In this document: piece after piece, positions 1-9,678 of the stretch
How the letters are laid out: each line of letters opens with the position of its first letter
Position numbering within the stretch: position 1 is the stretch's first letter
From: Gemmatimonadota bacterium
GTDB lineage: Bacteria > JBHIER01 > G020348925
NCBI GenBank assembly: GCA_020348925.1
Contig: CP070758.1
Location: 4,045,688-4,109,687 of the forward strand
Direction of reading: 5' to 3'
Length of the DNA: 64,000 nt
Program-made: the position numbers and the translations under genes
Notes under the pieces: model-generated
What the model was told of the DNA's origin: nothing
The model's database searches: none
The model's input: the letters and a program-made list of their open reading frames with translations, nothing else

Positions 1-221
1 GCATCGCGCGCATTTTCCCCGGGAAGGATACCGATGGTTGTGCCACCAGCTTTTTTCGCCCCTCTCGCTGCAGCCTCCATGACTCCTCCCAGGCCGCCAC
101 AGAGTAAAAGTCCGCCTCTGCGTCCAATGTGGTGCCCCACCTCCTCGGCCATGCGCCCGATAGTTTCATCACAGACCCCGGCTCCAATCACACCAATTCT
201 ATAAACCCTCGGGGTGCTCAT
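1..221 (-). CDS. TIGR00725 / LOG-like nucleotide-binding protein, 3' end truncated by window
   Basis: Manual translation from ATG 221: MSTPRVYRIGVIGAG...LLCGGLGGVMEAAARGAKKAGGTTIGILPG; contains the GGxGGVMEAA motif. Confidence 0.85.
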   Translation of the reverse strand, partial: MSTPRVYRIGVIGAGVCDETIGRMAEEVGHHIGRRGGLLLCGGLGGVMEAAARGAKKAGGTTIGILPGENARD

Positions 222-291
222 GGAAAATCTCTCATCTCTCTCAAACGCGGAATGTCTTCAGTAGGTCTCACGACGACTGACCGCCTTCGGT

Positions 292-567
292 TCAGTGAAT
301 AGACTCACCTGTCCATCTCTCTCGACCCACCCAATACGGGCAGGCAGGGCAGGACTCACTTTCCGGATAATCGATACCCACCTCATGGGGACAGCTGATA
401 TTGTCATTGCTCAGTACCACGGATTTGACCACATGGCTCTCAAGACAGTCTACGATGTCTGTCTTGATTGTTGCACCGTGGCGAATGTGCTTTGCTGGTA
501 TGAGACAAAGAATAGCAAAAGGGAAAATATGAATGGCACCTTCATTTTTATGAGCATCATCAATCAT
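292..567 (-). pseudogene. Probable remnant of a small Cys-cluster protein
   Basis: C-terminal SCPHEVGIDYPESESCPACPYWVGRERWTG resembles a conserved hypothetical family (CPHEEGIDY...CPxCPFW); the N-terminus looks degraded and the flank is AT-rich. Confidence 0.45.
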
Positions 568-1021
568 CCAAATATTAGATATGATTCACTGAAAATCGAT
601 GAACAGATGTATTCTGTTTCGAATAATTTGAAATTCCTGTAAAAAGGTATCGTTGTAACAATGCCCACTCTATTGATCGCCCACATAATTTTTTCATTTT
701 AAAGGTGAAACATACCTTGCATTTTAATTTTTCAGAGTGTTGTTTGCTTTCACAAAAAATGACTTTTGCTGCCCGTTAAAATTGAAATCTCAATGAAAAA
801 AACCACTCCCTTTCATCACCTTGAACTCATAGAGTGTGTTATCGATATTGTCAAGAATAGTGTAATGTGAAGTATCTGTCAAGGGGAAATTACTGGTGAC
901 GACTCTTAGCGGTTTTATAGCCACAAAGCGTATCCCTTTGATGACAGGGCTCTGCACAACGCCACAATGTGCAAAAAATGGGAAATCAATCTCTCTGTCC
1001 CTGATTTCCCTGAAAGTGTGT

Positions 1022-1099
1022 TGGTCGGGGCGGGCGGATTTGAACCGCCGACCTCATGCTCCCGAAGCATGCGCGCTAACCGGACTGCGCTACGCCCCG
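1022..1099 (-). tRNA. tRNA-Pro(CGG)
   Basis: Reverse complement CGGGGCGTAGCGCAG...CATGC-TTCGGGA-GCATG...GGTTCAAATCC...CGACCA; CCA encoded. Confidence 0.96.
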
Positions 1100-1202
1100 A
1101 CGAAATAATATTCGAATTTGTACAAATATACTATAATTGCACTGCTTGAGCAAGGTTAAGTTGCCCCATGCCGCTCTTTCTTTGAGTGACATTCAAAACC
1201 AT

Positions 1203-1712
1203 TCAGCCAGTAATACCGAACACTGAAATGATACCCAATGAAGCCAGTGTGACAACACAACCGGCAATACAAATACCCGCAACGACGGCCGGCAAAGCAT
1301 ACCAGAACCGCACGCCGAAAATGAAGGCGGCTACGGTTCCGGTCCACGCCCCTGTTATTGGGAGCGGAATGGCCACAAAGAGGATGAGACCGATGGCTTC
1401 ATAGCGCTCCACAATTTTCCCCCGCCTCCGGGTCCTGGTAAAGAGCCACTCAAAAAATTTGTCGAAAACTGGATACCTCCGGAGCCGGTTCGAGGCGGGT
1501 TCCAAGAAAAGAAGAAGCGGAATAACCGGAATGAAATTCCCAAAGACTGCAAGGCTGTAAGCTTCAGACCAGGTCATCCCCCCTCCGAAAGGCGGAGGCG
1601 CCAGGGCCCACGGAATCGCTCCCCGCAATTCGGACACAGGCAACATAGCTATACATATCGTGACCAACTCTTTGGGTACTCCGGATAAAAAGTGCGCAAT
1701 CTGGTCAACCAT
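1203..1712 (-). CDS. Small multi-drug export family membrane protein (COG2426-like)
   Basis: MLPVSELRGAIP and FVAIPLPITGAWTG motifs; ATG 1712 overlaps the pcm stop. Confidence 0.85.
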   Translation of the reverse strand: MVDQIAHFLSGVPKELVTICIAMLPVSELRGAIPWALAPPPFGGGMTWSEAYSLAVFGNFIPVIPLLLFLEPASNRLRRYPVFDKFFEWLFTRTRRRGKIVERYEAIGLILFVAIPLPITGAWTGTVAAFIFGVRFWYALPAVVAGICIAGCVVTLASLGIISVFGITG

Positions 1713-2349
1713 TCTCCCACCCCTGCTCGCCGATAAGAGGCACAAAGGTGCATCCACAGACCTCTTTGCGTTCGATCTTCTTCCCCTTTTTCTTGACGAC
1801 AAGTAAGGTTTGCACATACGTATTTCCTATGGGAAGCACAATACGACCGCCATCGACCAACTGCTCGACCAAAGCGCTGGGTACATCCGGAGCGCCGGCC
1901 GTAACAACAATCCGATCGAAAGGGGCGAACTCCTTCCAGCCTAAGGTTCCGTCACCGGTTTTGATGATAACGTTACCGTATCCCAGTCCATCGAGCACCT
2001 TGCGGGCCCGGGACGAGAGCTCGGGCACACGCTCAACAGAAAAGACTCGCCTCACCAGTTCCGCCAATATTGCAGCCTGATATCCTGAACCTGTCCCTAT
2101 TTCAAGAACCTTATTGGTTTTCTCCAATTGTAGTTGCTGTGTCATCAGGGCCACCATGTAGGGCTGGGATATGGTCTGGCTCTGACCGATGGGGAGCGGG
2201 TGATCTCCGTAGGCACGACCCCACAGCTCTTTCGGAACAAATTCATGGCGTGGCACGGTGCGCATGGCCTCCAAAACCTTTTCATTCGTAATCTTTCTCG
2301 CAACCAATTGGTTCTGGACCATGCGCTCACGGGCAATGGCATAATCCAA
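1705..2349 (-). CDS. pcm: Protein-L-isoaspartate O-methyltransferase
   Basis: VPRHEF, TISQPYMVA, VLEIGTGSGYQAA, GDGTLGW, APFDRI motifs; adjacent to surE. Confidence 0.96.
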   Translation of the reverse strand: MDYAIARERMVQNQLVARKITNEKVLEAMRTVPRHEFVPKELWGRAYGDHPLPIGQSQTISQPYMVALMTQQLQLEKTNKVLEIGTGSGYQAAILAELVRRVFSVERVPELSSRARKVLDGLGYGNVIIKTGDGTLGWKEFAPFDRIVVTAGAPDVPSALVEQLVDGGRIVLPIGNTYVQTLLVVKKKGKKIERKEVCGCTFVPLIGEQGWENG

Positions 2350-2431
2350 GAAGGTCCTCCTGTAAGTCTCTCTGTGAAATTTTCAAAATCAATCTCCTCA
2401 CATTTCCGTCACGCGAGATGACAGCATTTCG

Positions 2432-3190
2432 TCAGAATTCCCACTTTCTCAAATGTTCCATGGCTTCGTAATTGGTCAGATCAAGACGGAGAGGCGTGAT
2501 TGAGATCATATTTCGGTCAATGACGCTCACATCGGAATCCTCACTCCCCTCCCAATCGGGGGCGTTCCCACCAATGCGAAAATACGATTGCCCATCAGAT
2601 CCCCTCTCGCGTTCGATGACATCCCGGTAGATGCGTTTTCCGAGACGAGTAATCCGCACCCCATCAATTTCGTCCCAGGAACAGTTGGGAACATTGACAT
2701 TCAAGAGTGTCTCCTCCGGCATCCCCTCTTTCAGGATTCTTGAAACCAGTTGCCCTGAAAATCGAGCAGCGTCATCGAAAATATTGTGTCGATCGAAGGT
2801 CGGATTTCCTTTTTTGGGTACGGAGATAGCCACAGAGGGAATGCCCAGTAAGGTTCCCTCGATGGCAGCCGCAACAGTTCCTGAGTATGTCACATCATCG
2901 GCAAGGTTGGCTCCATGATTAATGCCCGATACAACGAGATCCGGTTTCCGAGGCAAGAGACTGTATACGGCAAACATGACGCAATCCGTGGGTGTCCCCT
3001 CGACGCTGAATACGTTACCGCCCAGATCACGATATCTGAGGGAACGATTGAGGGTCATGGAATGGCTCGTGGCACTCTGTTCCTGTGCCGGAGCGACAAC
3101 AACCGTCTCCCATTTTTTCGAAAGGCCGGAATGCAGTGTCCGAAGACCTTTCGCCTCAATTCCATCATCATTTGTTATGAGAATCAGCAT
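2432..3190 (-). CDS. surE: 5'/3'-nucleotidase SurE
   Basis: LITNDDG, GTPTDCV, SGINHGAN, YSGTVAAA motifs. Confidence 0.97.
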   Translation of the reverse strand: MLILITNDDGIEAKGLRTLHSGLSKKWETVVVAPAQEQSATSHSMTLNRSLRYRDLGGNVFSVEGTPTDCVMFAVYSLLPRKPDLVVSGINHGANLADDVTYSGTVAAAIEGTLLGIPSVAISVPKKGNPTFDRHNIFDDAARFSGQLVSRILKEGMPEETLLNVNVPNCSWDEIDGVRITRLGKRIYRDVIERERGSDGQSYFRIGGNAPDWEGSEDSDVSVIDRNMISITPLRLDLTNYEAMEHLRKWEF

Positions 3191-3375
3191 GGCAGCATTT
3201 CATGAGGTGTTCAACGACCGCAGTCAACTCCGATGATGTTCCCCAAAGACATTTGAAAAGATTTCGGTGAGTGATAACTGAAAAAGGAGCAGATAAAAAT
3301 CTGCTCCCAAGAGCAATATCATCGAAAGAAGGCACGATGCGATCCCAACCTGTATCGGGTACGATCACCGCTTCC

Positions 3376-3452
3376 TGGTCGGGGCGACTGGATTTGAACC
3401 AGCGACCACCAGCCCCCCATGCTGGTGCGCTACCGGACTGCGCTACGCCCCG
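3376..3452 (-). tRNA. tRNA-Pro(GGG)
   Basis: Anticodon arm CCAGC-ATGGGGG-GCTGG, T-loop GGTTCAAATCC, CCA end; follows a MerR gene as in many bacteria. Confidence 0.96.
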
Positions 3453-3504
3453 AACAGGCTCAATATACCAAAAAACGGGAGAGCGTGCAAGGGGAAAATA
3501 GCCT

Positions 3505-3885
3505 CTATCGCTCAGGAACGGCAGGTTGCCTCCGGTTCACCACCACCAGCAGCTCCTTCAATTCCTGACGGATGTGAAATAAGAGATCTCTGATCTGGAG
3601 TTCCTCGAATGATAGTTCCAGTTGATCTGCAAGTTCCTCGTGAGGTTTTTTCAATTTCTCTCGGGCACCCTCGATAGTATACTTTTCGGTATACAGAAGG
3701 CGCTTGATCAGGAAAATGAGTTTAATATCTTTAATCCGATAGGTCCTGTTCCCGGCTCGGTTTTTCCTCGGACGTAAAGATGGAAATTCCGTCTCCCAAT
3801 AACGGAGTACGTGTTGTTTCAGACCAGTGAGCCTGCTCACTTCACTGATGGAGTAATACAATTTTGTCGTCGAAGGATCTGTCAA
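3505..3885 (-). CDS. MerR-family transcriptional regulator
   Basis: KLYYSISEVS...HVLRYWETEFP.L.P.KNRAGNR.Y...YTIEGA. Confidence 0.92.
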   Translation of the reverse strand: MTDPSTTKLYYSISEVSRLTGLKQHVLRYWETEFPSLRPRKNRAGNRTYRIKDIKLIFLIKRLLYTEKYTIEGAREKLKKPHEELADQLELSFEELQIRDLLFHIRQELKELLVVVNRRQPAVPER

Positions 3886-3901
3886 AGACGATTCTCCTTT
3901 A

Positions 3902-4945
3902 TTACCACATTTCAGCTTTTGCCGCCCGCATCATTAAATCATTTACGGCACGGGCGGGCTCTTTGTCCTCAAAAAGTACGGCATGGACTTCATTCGTAAT
4001 AGGCATCTCCACTCGATACTGCTGGGCCAACTGGTACGCGGCTTTCGTGGTCAAGACTCCTTCAGCAACCATCACCATGTTCTCAAGAACCTGCGATAAC
4101 GTTTTCCCCTTACCTATCTCCTCGCCCACATAGCGATTGCGGCTGTAACGGCTCAAACACGTTGTTATCAGATCCCCAGTCCCGGAAAGTCCGGCAAATG
4201 TGGACGGCTCGGCACCCAGGGCAACTCCCAAACGAGTGATCTCGGCCAAACCGCGTGTTAAAAGAGCCCCCTTCGTATTGTCACCAAACCCCAAACCATC
4301 CGATATCCCGGCAGCAATGGCAATAATATTTTTGAGAGCCCCACCCAACTCAACACCTATTAAATCATGATTCGTATAGACTCGAAAGTGGGGGGACATA
4401 AAAACCTTTTGGACCGTTTCAGCCACATCTTGTCTGAGAGAGGCCGCCACAACAGAGGTCGGAATCTGTCGACTCACCTCCTCTGCATGGCTCGGACCGG
4501 AAAGAACGGCAATACGGCTCTGAAGGCCATCGGGAAGCTCCTCTTCAAGAATTTCGGACATCCTTTTGAATGTTCCGTTCTCGATCCCCTTCACAGCGCT
4601 GATGACATAAAGTTCACGAGTCATGAGTAGAGCGACCTTTTGCGCAACCTCCCTGAGAACATGGGATGGCACGACGAAGACCAGCATCATCGACTGGTCC
4701 ACCAACAGCTCCTCCAGTTGCGAAGAGACTTCAATAGATTCGGCCAACAGAATTTCAGGCAAAAGTTCCAGACTCCGGCGCTCCTGTTGTAACTTCTCTG
4801 CCACGTCTTCACGATACTCCCAAAGGGACACACCATAGCCACAACGATGCATATGACAGGCCAACGTTATCCCCCAACTTCCCGCGCCAAGAATAACTAT
4901 TCTCTGGAAATCGTTCCCCTCTGACACTATTCTACAACTCCCCAA
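3902..4945 (-). CDS. gpsA: NAD(P)H-dependent glycerol-3-phosphate dehydrogenase
   Basis: GAGSWG, LSGPSHA, GALKNIIAIAAG, GDNTKGAL, GDLITTC, SRN motifs; start codon uncertain. Confidence 0.96.
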   Translation of the reverse strand: MGSCRIVSEGNDFQRIVILGAGSWGITLACHMHRCGYGVSLWEYREDVAEKLQQERRSLELLPEILLAESIEVSSQLEELLVDQSMMLVFVVPSHVLREVAQKVALLMTRELYVISAVKGIENGTFKRMSEILEEELPDGLQSRIAVLSGPSHAEEVSRQIPTSVVAASLRQDVAETVQKVFMSPHFRVYTNHDLIGVELGGALKNIIAIAAGISDGLGFGDNTKGALLTRGLAEITRLGVALGAEPSTFAGLSGTGDLITTCLSRYSRNRYVGEEIGKGKTLSQVLENMVMVAEGVLTTKAAYQLAQQYRVEMPITNEVHAVLFEDKEPARAVNDLMMRAAKAEMW

Positions 4946-4946
4946 T

Positions 4947-4976
4947 AAAAAACCTCCTTTTCTACAAAGGAGGTTT
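4947..4976 (-). terminator. Intrinsic terminator downstream of tRNA-Ala
   Basis: Minus strand AAACCTCCTTT-loop-AAAGGAGGTTT followed by a U-run. Confidence 0.7.
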
Positions 4977-5029
4977 CATCTCTTACGGTCTTCCGGAACA
5001 AAATGGTTCCTTCCCTCAGTGCAAGCATT

Positions 5030-5106
5030 TGGTGGAGCTGACGGGGATCGAACCCGTGACCTCTTGTCTGCCAGACAAGCGCTCATCCCAGCTGAGCTAC
5101 AGCCCC
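5030..5106 (-). tRNA. tRNA-Ala(GGC)
   Basis: GGGGCTGTAGCTCAGCTGG...CTTGT-CTGGCAG-ACAAG...GGTTCGATCCC...TCCACCA. Confidence 0.96.
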
Positions 5107-5388
5107 ACCTTCATTTTCAATTCAATGGGCTCATCGCTATACAACCCTTACATCTTAGAGTGTAATATGTTAAAACCTTTTTGTCAAGGGAAAAGTTAAG
5201 TTTTTCATGTTTTTTATTCAGCAGAATGACACATTTTGCGAGAGGCATAAACGGCTGAGGGATGACCGGTATATCCCTATGCCTCAAAGATTTTGAGCTT
5301 GCAACCCCATAGAACTTCTCATATATTGAGGTGCGAAACAGAGAGGGAGGCTGGGAACACGTTGATGAAGCAGGAAAGGGAAACTCCT

Positions 5389-6372
5389 GTGAAAAGTATG
5401 ATCTGTATCCTTACGATTACTCTCTTGGTTTTATGGGGATGTATACCTGATGCTGAACGTGACAATCCTTTTGATCCGAAATCTGACGGATATCGCGATG
5501 AGGGTGTGTTGACAGGAACGATTACAAGAAGAGCACAGCCTTCAGAAGGTATTGAAGGGGTGCTCGTGACGCTCGATCCTCCTCAGGGGAGTGAGACAAC
5601 CGATAGAGATGGTTTTTTCACTATGGACAACATACCCTCAGGAAACTATGTTGTGACTGCTTTTAAAACGGGTTATTCTCAGGACTCAGCCAGCGTTCAA
5701 ATAATCGCCGGGCAACGAGATACCGTCCATCTTGCCCTCAATGGCGTGCCCCACTTTTCAAAAACCCGCGTTACGTCCGAGCACAACAAATCCTTTACTG
5801 GCGACGACGTCTATTTTTTTCACTTCGATGCCCAAGTGGAGGACGCTGATGGACTCTCCGACATCGATTCGGTTGCCGTCACCGTTGACGATCTCGAATT
5901 TTACAAACATCTCATTCGTGAGTCAAATACCAATCGGTTTTCGGTCACAATTTTTCCGGAGGAGATATCTGAGACATCTCTTGAAGCATTGGTGGGAAAA
6001 GAAACCATTTTTATCGTTACCGATAGAAACAGTTTCAAGACCGAATCCGATCCCCAGTATCTTGTCCGGATCATCCATCAATCACCCTCAACGGTCTCCC
6101 CTGCTGACAGAGATCAGGTTGATCCCCAACCCCTTCTTGTCTGGAATCAATTCTCCGCCCCTTTTGCATACACGTACTCGGTTGAGATCAGCGCCTTCCC
6201 TTCCGTGTGGTCCTGGTCTCGGGAAGGCATCTTGCCCTCGGACACAAGCATAACTGTGAACGACACCCTGGACAGTCGGTGGTCATACTTCTGGCTCGTG
6301 TCGATCGTTGATGAATACGGCAATTTCAGCCAGTCTCCACGTGTCGAGTTTTTTGTCACTGGGAGACGCTAA
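5389..6372 (+). CDS. Lipoprotein with carboxypeptidase-regulatory-like (Ig) domains
   Basis: Hydrophobic leader with LWGC lipobox, then CxPDAERDNPFDP; Ig-like TTDRDGFF..NIPSGNYVVTA.KTGY; start GTG 5389 or ATG 5398. Confidence 0.75.
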   Translation: MKSMICILTITLLVLWGCIPDAERDNPFDPKSDGYRDEGVLTGTITRRAQPSEGIEGVLVTLDPPQGSETTDRDGFFTMDNIPSGNYVVTAFKTGYSQDSASVQIIAGQRDTVHLALNGVPHFSKTRVTSEHNKSFTGDDVYFFHFDAQVEDADGLSDIDSVAVTVDDLEFYKHLIRESNTNRFSVTIFPEEISETSLEALVGKETIFIVTDRNSFKTESDPQYLVRIIHQSPSTVSPADRDQVDPQPLLVWNQFSAPFAYTYSVEISAFPSVWSWSREGILPSDTSITVNDTLDSRWSYFWLVSIVDEYGNFSQSPRVEFFVTGRR

Positions 6373-7848
6373 ATGGAGTATCCCCTACCCATGGAGAAAA
6401 ACCACCTCGACGCACTATTAGCCATCAGCCAAGAGATCAACTCGATCCAAAAAATTGATCCCTTATTGACCACCGTCATGGACAGGGCGATGCAGGCCTT
6501 ACAGGCTGAACGAGGATTTCTTATTTTGCGTGACAGTGATTCGGGTGACATGGCTGTAAAAATTGCTCGGAACATTTCAGATGAATCGATCAAAGACACA
6601 ACTGAGATTTCAACCAGTGTTGTCCAATCCATTCTCAAGAACGGACAACCTGTTCTCACCCACGATGCCCAGGAGGATCCGAGATTTAAAGGCTCTGAAA
6701 GCGTCGTCTTTCATGGAATTCTGTCAGTGGCGTGCGTCCCCCTGCGCATCAAAGAACAACTCATAGGGTGTATCTATGTCGACAGCCGAAGTCAACGCCG
6801 TATGTTCACGCAGGAAAGTCTCGCGTTTCTCACCGCCTTTGCCAACCAGGCAGCCATTGCAATAGAGAATGCTCAATTGTATGAGAAACTGCGAGCTGAA
6901 AACATCAGACTCAAAAAAGAGGTTCGGGAAAAATTTCGATTTGAGGGCATTATCGGCCAAAGCAGCAAGATGCGCCAAATCTTGGACATCGTCGAAAGAA
7001 TTTCAGACTCCGATGTCTCCGTGCTGATTCAGGGTGAAAGCGGTACGGGCAAGGAACTCATAGCCCGGGCTATACATTATAACGGCAGTCGAAAAGAAGG
7101 TCCCTTCGTTGCCCAATATTGTGGCGCCCTCACTGAGACGCTTCTTGAAAGCGAACTCTTCGGGCATAAGAAGGGTTCCTTCACAGGAGCGGCAGAGGAC
7201 AAAAAAGGGCTTTTCGAGGCGGCCGACAATGGAACATTTTTCCTCGATGAAATCGGTGATATCAGCCCGAACATTCAGACGAAACTGCTCCGCGTACTCC
7301 AAGAGGGCGAAATCAAGCGCGTCGGAGAAACACAAACCCGTCGTGTTGATGTGCGCATCATCTCCGCCTCCAACAAAGATCTTGCACATGAGGTGAAAAA
7401 AGGGCTTTTTCGTGAGGATCTCTATTATCGTTTGAACGTGATATCCATCCACATGCCCCCCTTGCGCGAACGCAAAGAGGACATCCCACTTTTAACCCAG
7501 CACTTTTTTGAAAAATATTGTCACACGAGCGGAAAACCCATCGAAAGGATTGCTTCGAAAACCATGGATACACTTTTAACGTATCACTGGCCGGGGAATG
7601 TGAGAGAGCTCGAGAACACCATCGAGCGTGCCATTGTTCTGGCCAGAGGCAGCACTATTCGAAGCGAAGATCTGCATATTCCTAAGTCCATCGACTATAC
7701 GAATGAAGCGCAGACGCTCAGAGACGTGGAACGAAATTTCGTTTTAAAAGTGCTGGACGAATGTGACGGGAATAAAACGAAAGCCGCCAAAAGACTCGGT
7801 GTTTCACTTCGATGGCTCCATTACAGATTGCGAGAGTGGGAACAATGA
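6373..7848 (+). CDS. GAF-domain sigma54-dependent transcriptional activator (bEBP, Fis HTH)
   Basis: N-terminal GAF; GESGTGKE, ESELFGH, GSFTGA, FLDEIG, FREDLYYRLNV, WPGNVRELEN; C-terminal GNKTKAAKRLGVS. Confidence 0.95.
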   Translation: MEYPLPMEKNHLDALLAISQEINSIQKIDPLLTTVMDRAMQALQAERGFLILRDSDSGDMAVKIARNISDESIKDTTEISTSVVQSILKNGQPVLTHDAQEDPRFKGSESVVFHGILSVACVPLRIKEQLIGCIYVDSRSQRRMFTQESLAFLTAFANQAAIAIENAQLYEKLRAENIRLKKEVREKFRFEGIIGQSSKMRQILDIVERISDSDVSVLIQGESGTGKELIARAIHYNGSRKEGPFVAQYCGALTETLLESELFGHKKGSFTGAAEDKKGLFEAADNGTFFLDEIGDISPNIQTKLLRVLQEGEIKRVGETQTRRVDVRIISASNKDLAHEVKKGLFREDLYYRLNVISIHMPPLRERKEDIPLLTQHFFEKYCHTSGKPIERIASKTMDTLLTYHWPGNVRELENTIERAIVLARGSTIRSEDLHIPKSIDYTNEAQTLRDVERNFVLKVLDECDGNKTKAAKRLGVSLRWLHYRLREWEQ

Positions 7849-9545
7849 TGGATCGCATCGACCAATTTGAACTTATTGCGGAGCTCTCTCGAAGCAGCAC
7901 AACCACCGTTTTCAAGGCGTATCAGAGCACTCTTGAACGGTTTGTCCTGTTAAAGCAGCTCCATCCGCATCTGACACGGGAAGAAGATATCGTTCGACGA
8001 TTCGAACGGGAAGCAAAAGCAGCGGCCCGCATCAAACACGAACATATCGTAGATGTGTACGACTATGGGAAGTGGCAAGATGTGTATTACATTGCCATGG
8101 AGTTCGTCGATGGTATCACCTTGAAAACCATCATAGATCGCGATGGACCTCTGCCACCTGAAATCGCCGCGACTATTTTACGAGGCACGCTGAAAGGCTT
8201 GGCTCATGCCCATTCGAAAGGGGTGTTCCACCGCGACATGAAACCGGCAAACATCCTTGTCTCAACACAGGGCGTGGTCAAGATAACCGATTTCGGTCTG
8301 GCCCTGATCACTGATTACCCTTCGATTACGGCCCAGGACGGAGTCGTCGGAACACCGGCCTATATGTCTCCCGAGCAAGCCAGCGGTGATGAGATAGACG
8401 GTCGGTCGGACATTTTTTCCTTGGGACTGACCTTCTTCGAAATGCTGGCAGGACGACGGGCATACGAGGGAGACTCCTTCTCCGCCTGCATCACACAACT
8501 GTTAACGGAAGACCCTCCAAAAATCAGAGACATCCGAAAAGACGTACCCCTCGACGTGGCAGACGTTTTGGAAAAAATGGTCACAAAATCGGTTTCGAAA
8601 CGGTATCAAACGTGCGATGAAATATTGGAGGACATACATCGTTGTTCGAGTTTGCCAGAACAACTCGTCGGTAAGGAAGATCTGGCAGCCTATATCTCTT
8701 CTCCGCACAAAGGTCAGATCGTCGTAACGTCTCCCGCATCAAAACGGAGGCTGTCTAAAACGCGCCTTGCCGTAATCGGAATCGTTTGTATCTCCTTAGT
8801 CGCCCTTATCGCTGGCGGATTGATCCTGTTTCCAAAGGGCTCCGAAGACAGAACAGAAGAGCCTTTCACCTTTCACACCCCCGAAATTGAGGAACCGTCT
8901 CAAAACGAAGAACCGGACACAACGACTCCGACGCTCCCACAGGTTCAGACAATCACACAAGAAATGCCGCAAACCGGTCAAGAAAAGCCACCCGAGCAGT
9001 CTGCGACGGAAACCACTCCTGCTGGGATGGATACGGTGGAGATAGCCCCGAATGGGTTGAGAGAACATCAATTCGAAGAGCCCCCCCTCCAAGAGCAACC
9101 GCTGGAAACCGGATATGGTACGTTGGAGATCAATTGCCTCCCGTGGGCCGACGTGTACATCGACGATCGCTATATCGACACGACACCACTTCAAAATGAT
9201 ATCTCTCTGGAAATCGGGTCCCATAAAGTTGCCTTGGTCAATCCCGATTTCCCTCCCTATTTTGAAAATGTCGAAATCGAATCCAACCAACGGACACGAA
9301 TCGATGTCTCATTACTCACGAAGGTGGGCTTTCTCGATGTCAACGTCCATCCCTGGGCAACCGTAATCCTGGATGAAGATTCCATTGATACAACGCCCTT
9401 GGCAAAACCGATCATGTTGCGCGCCGGCACTCATACCCTTCGATTGGCAAATCCGCGCTTTGGAGTGTTCGAGGAGAAAATAGGGATCGTCGCAAGTGAA
9501 ACCCTGAGGGTGAACCGGAATTTAACGGAACTTTTCATCGAATAG
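7845..9545 (+). CDS. Membrane Ser/Thr protein kinase with C-terminal PEGA-like repeats
   Basis: RFEREA, HRDMKPAN, DFG, GTPAYMSPEQ, DIFSLG; one TM helix, Pro/Thr/Glu linker, two PWAxV.....TTPL repeats; ATGA overlap with the bEBP stop. Confidence 0.92.
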   Translation: MMDRIDQFELIAELSRSSTTTVFKAYQSTLERFVLLKQLHPHLTREEDIVRRFEREAKAAARIKHEHIVDVYDYGKWQDVYYIAMEFVDGITLKTIIDRDGPLPPEIAATILRGTLKGLAHAHSKGVFHRDMKPANILVSTQGVVKITDFGLALITDYPSITAQDGVVGTPAYMSPEQASGDEIDGRSDIFSLGLTFFEMLAGRRAYEGDSFSACITQLLTEDPPKIRDIRKDVPLDVADVLEKMVTKSVSKRYQTCDEILEDIHRCSSLPEQLVGKEDLAAYISSPHKGQIVVTSPASKRRLSKTRLAVIGIVCISLVALIAGGLILFPKGSEDRTEEPFTFHTPEIEEPSQNEEPDTTTPTLPQVQTITQEMPQTGQEKPPEQSATETTPAGMDTVEIAPNGLREHQFEEPPLQEQPLETGYGTLEINCLPWADVYIDDRYIDTTPLQNDISLEIGSHKVALVNPDFPPYFENVEIESNQRTRIDVSLLTKVGFLDVNVHPWATVILDEDSIDTTPLAKPIMLRAGTHTLRLANPRFGVFEEKIGIVASETLRVNRNLTELFIE

Positions 9546-9678
9546 TCAAAATTAGATACAGTGAAATACCCTGCTGTCCATCATTTCTGAAGATTTTCAA
9601 AACCATCACGGAAATTCAATTTGTGAAGAGGTACGATTAAGTTTTCATAAAACTACAACACCAGTATCTATCACTGCG

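Noticed and set aside
896-1149. ORFs across tRNA-Pro(CGG); likewise 3271-3501 and 34839-35027
   Set aside because: Artefacts of translating tRNA genes.
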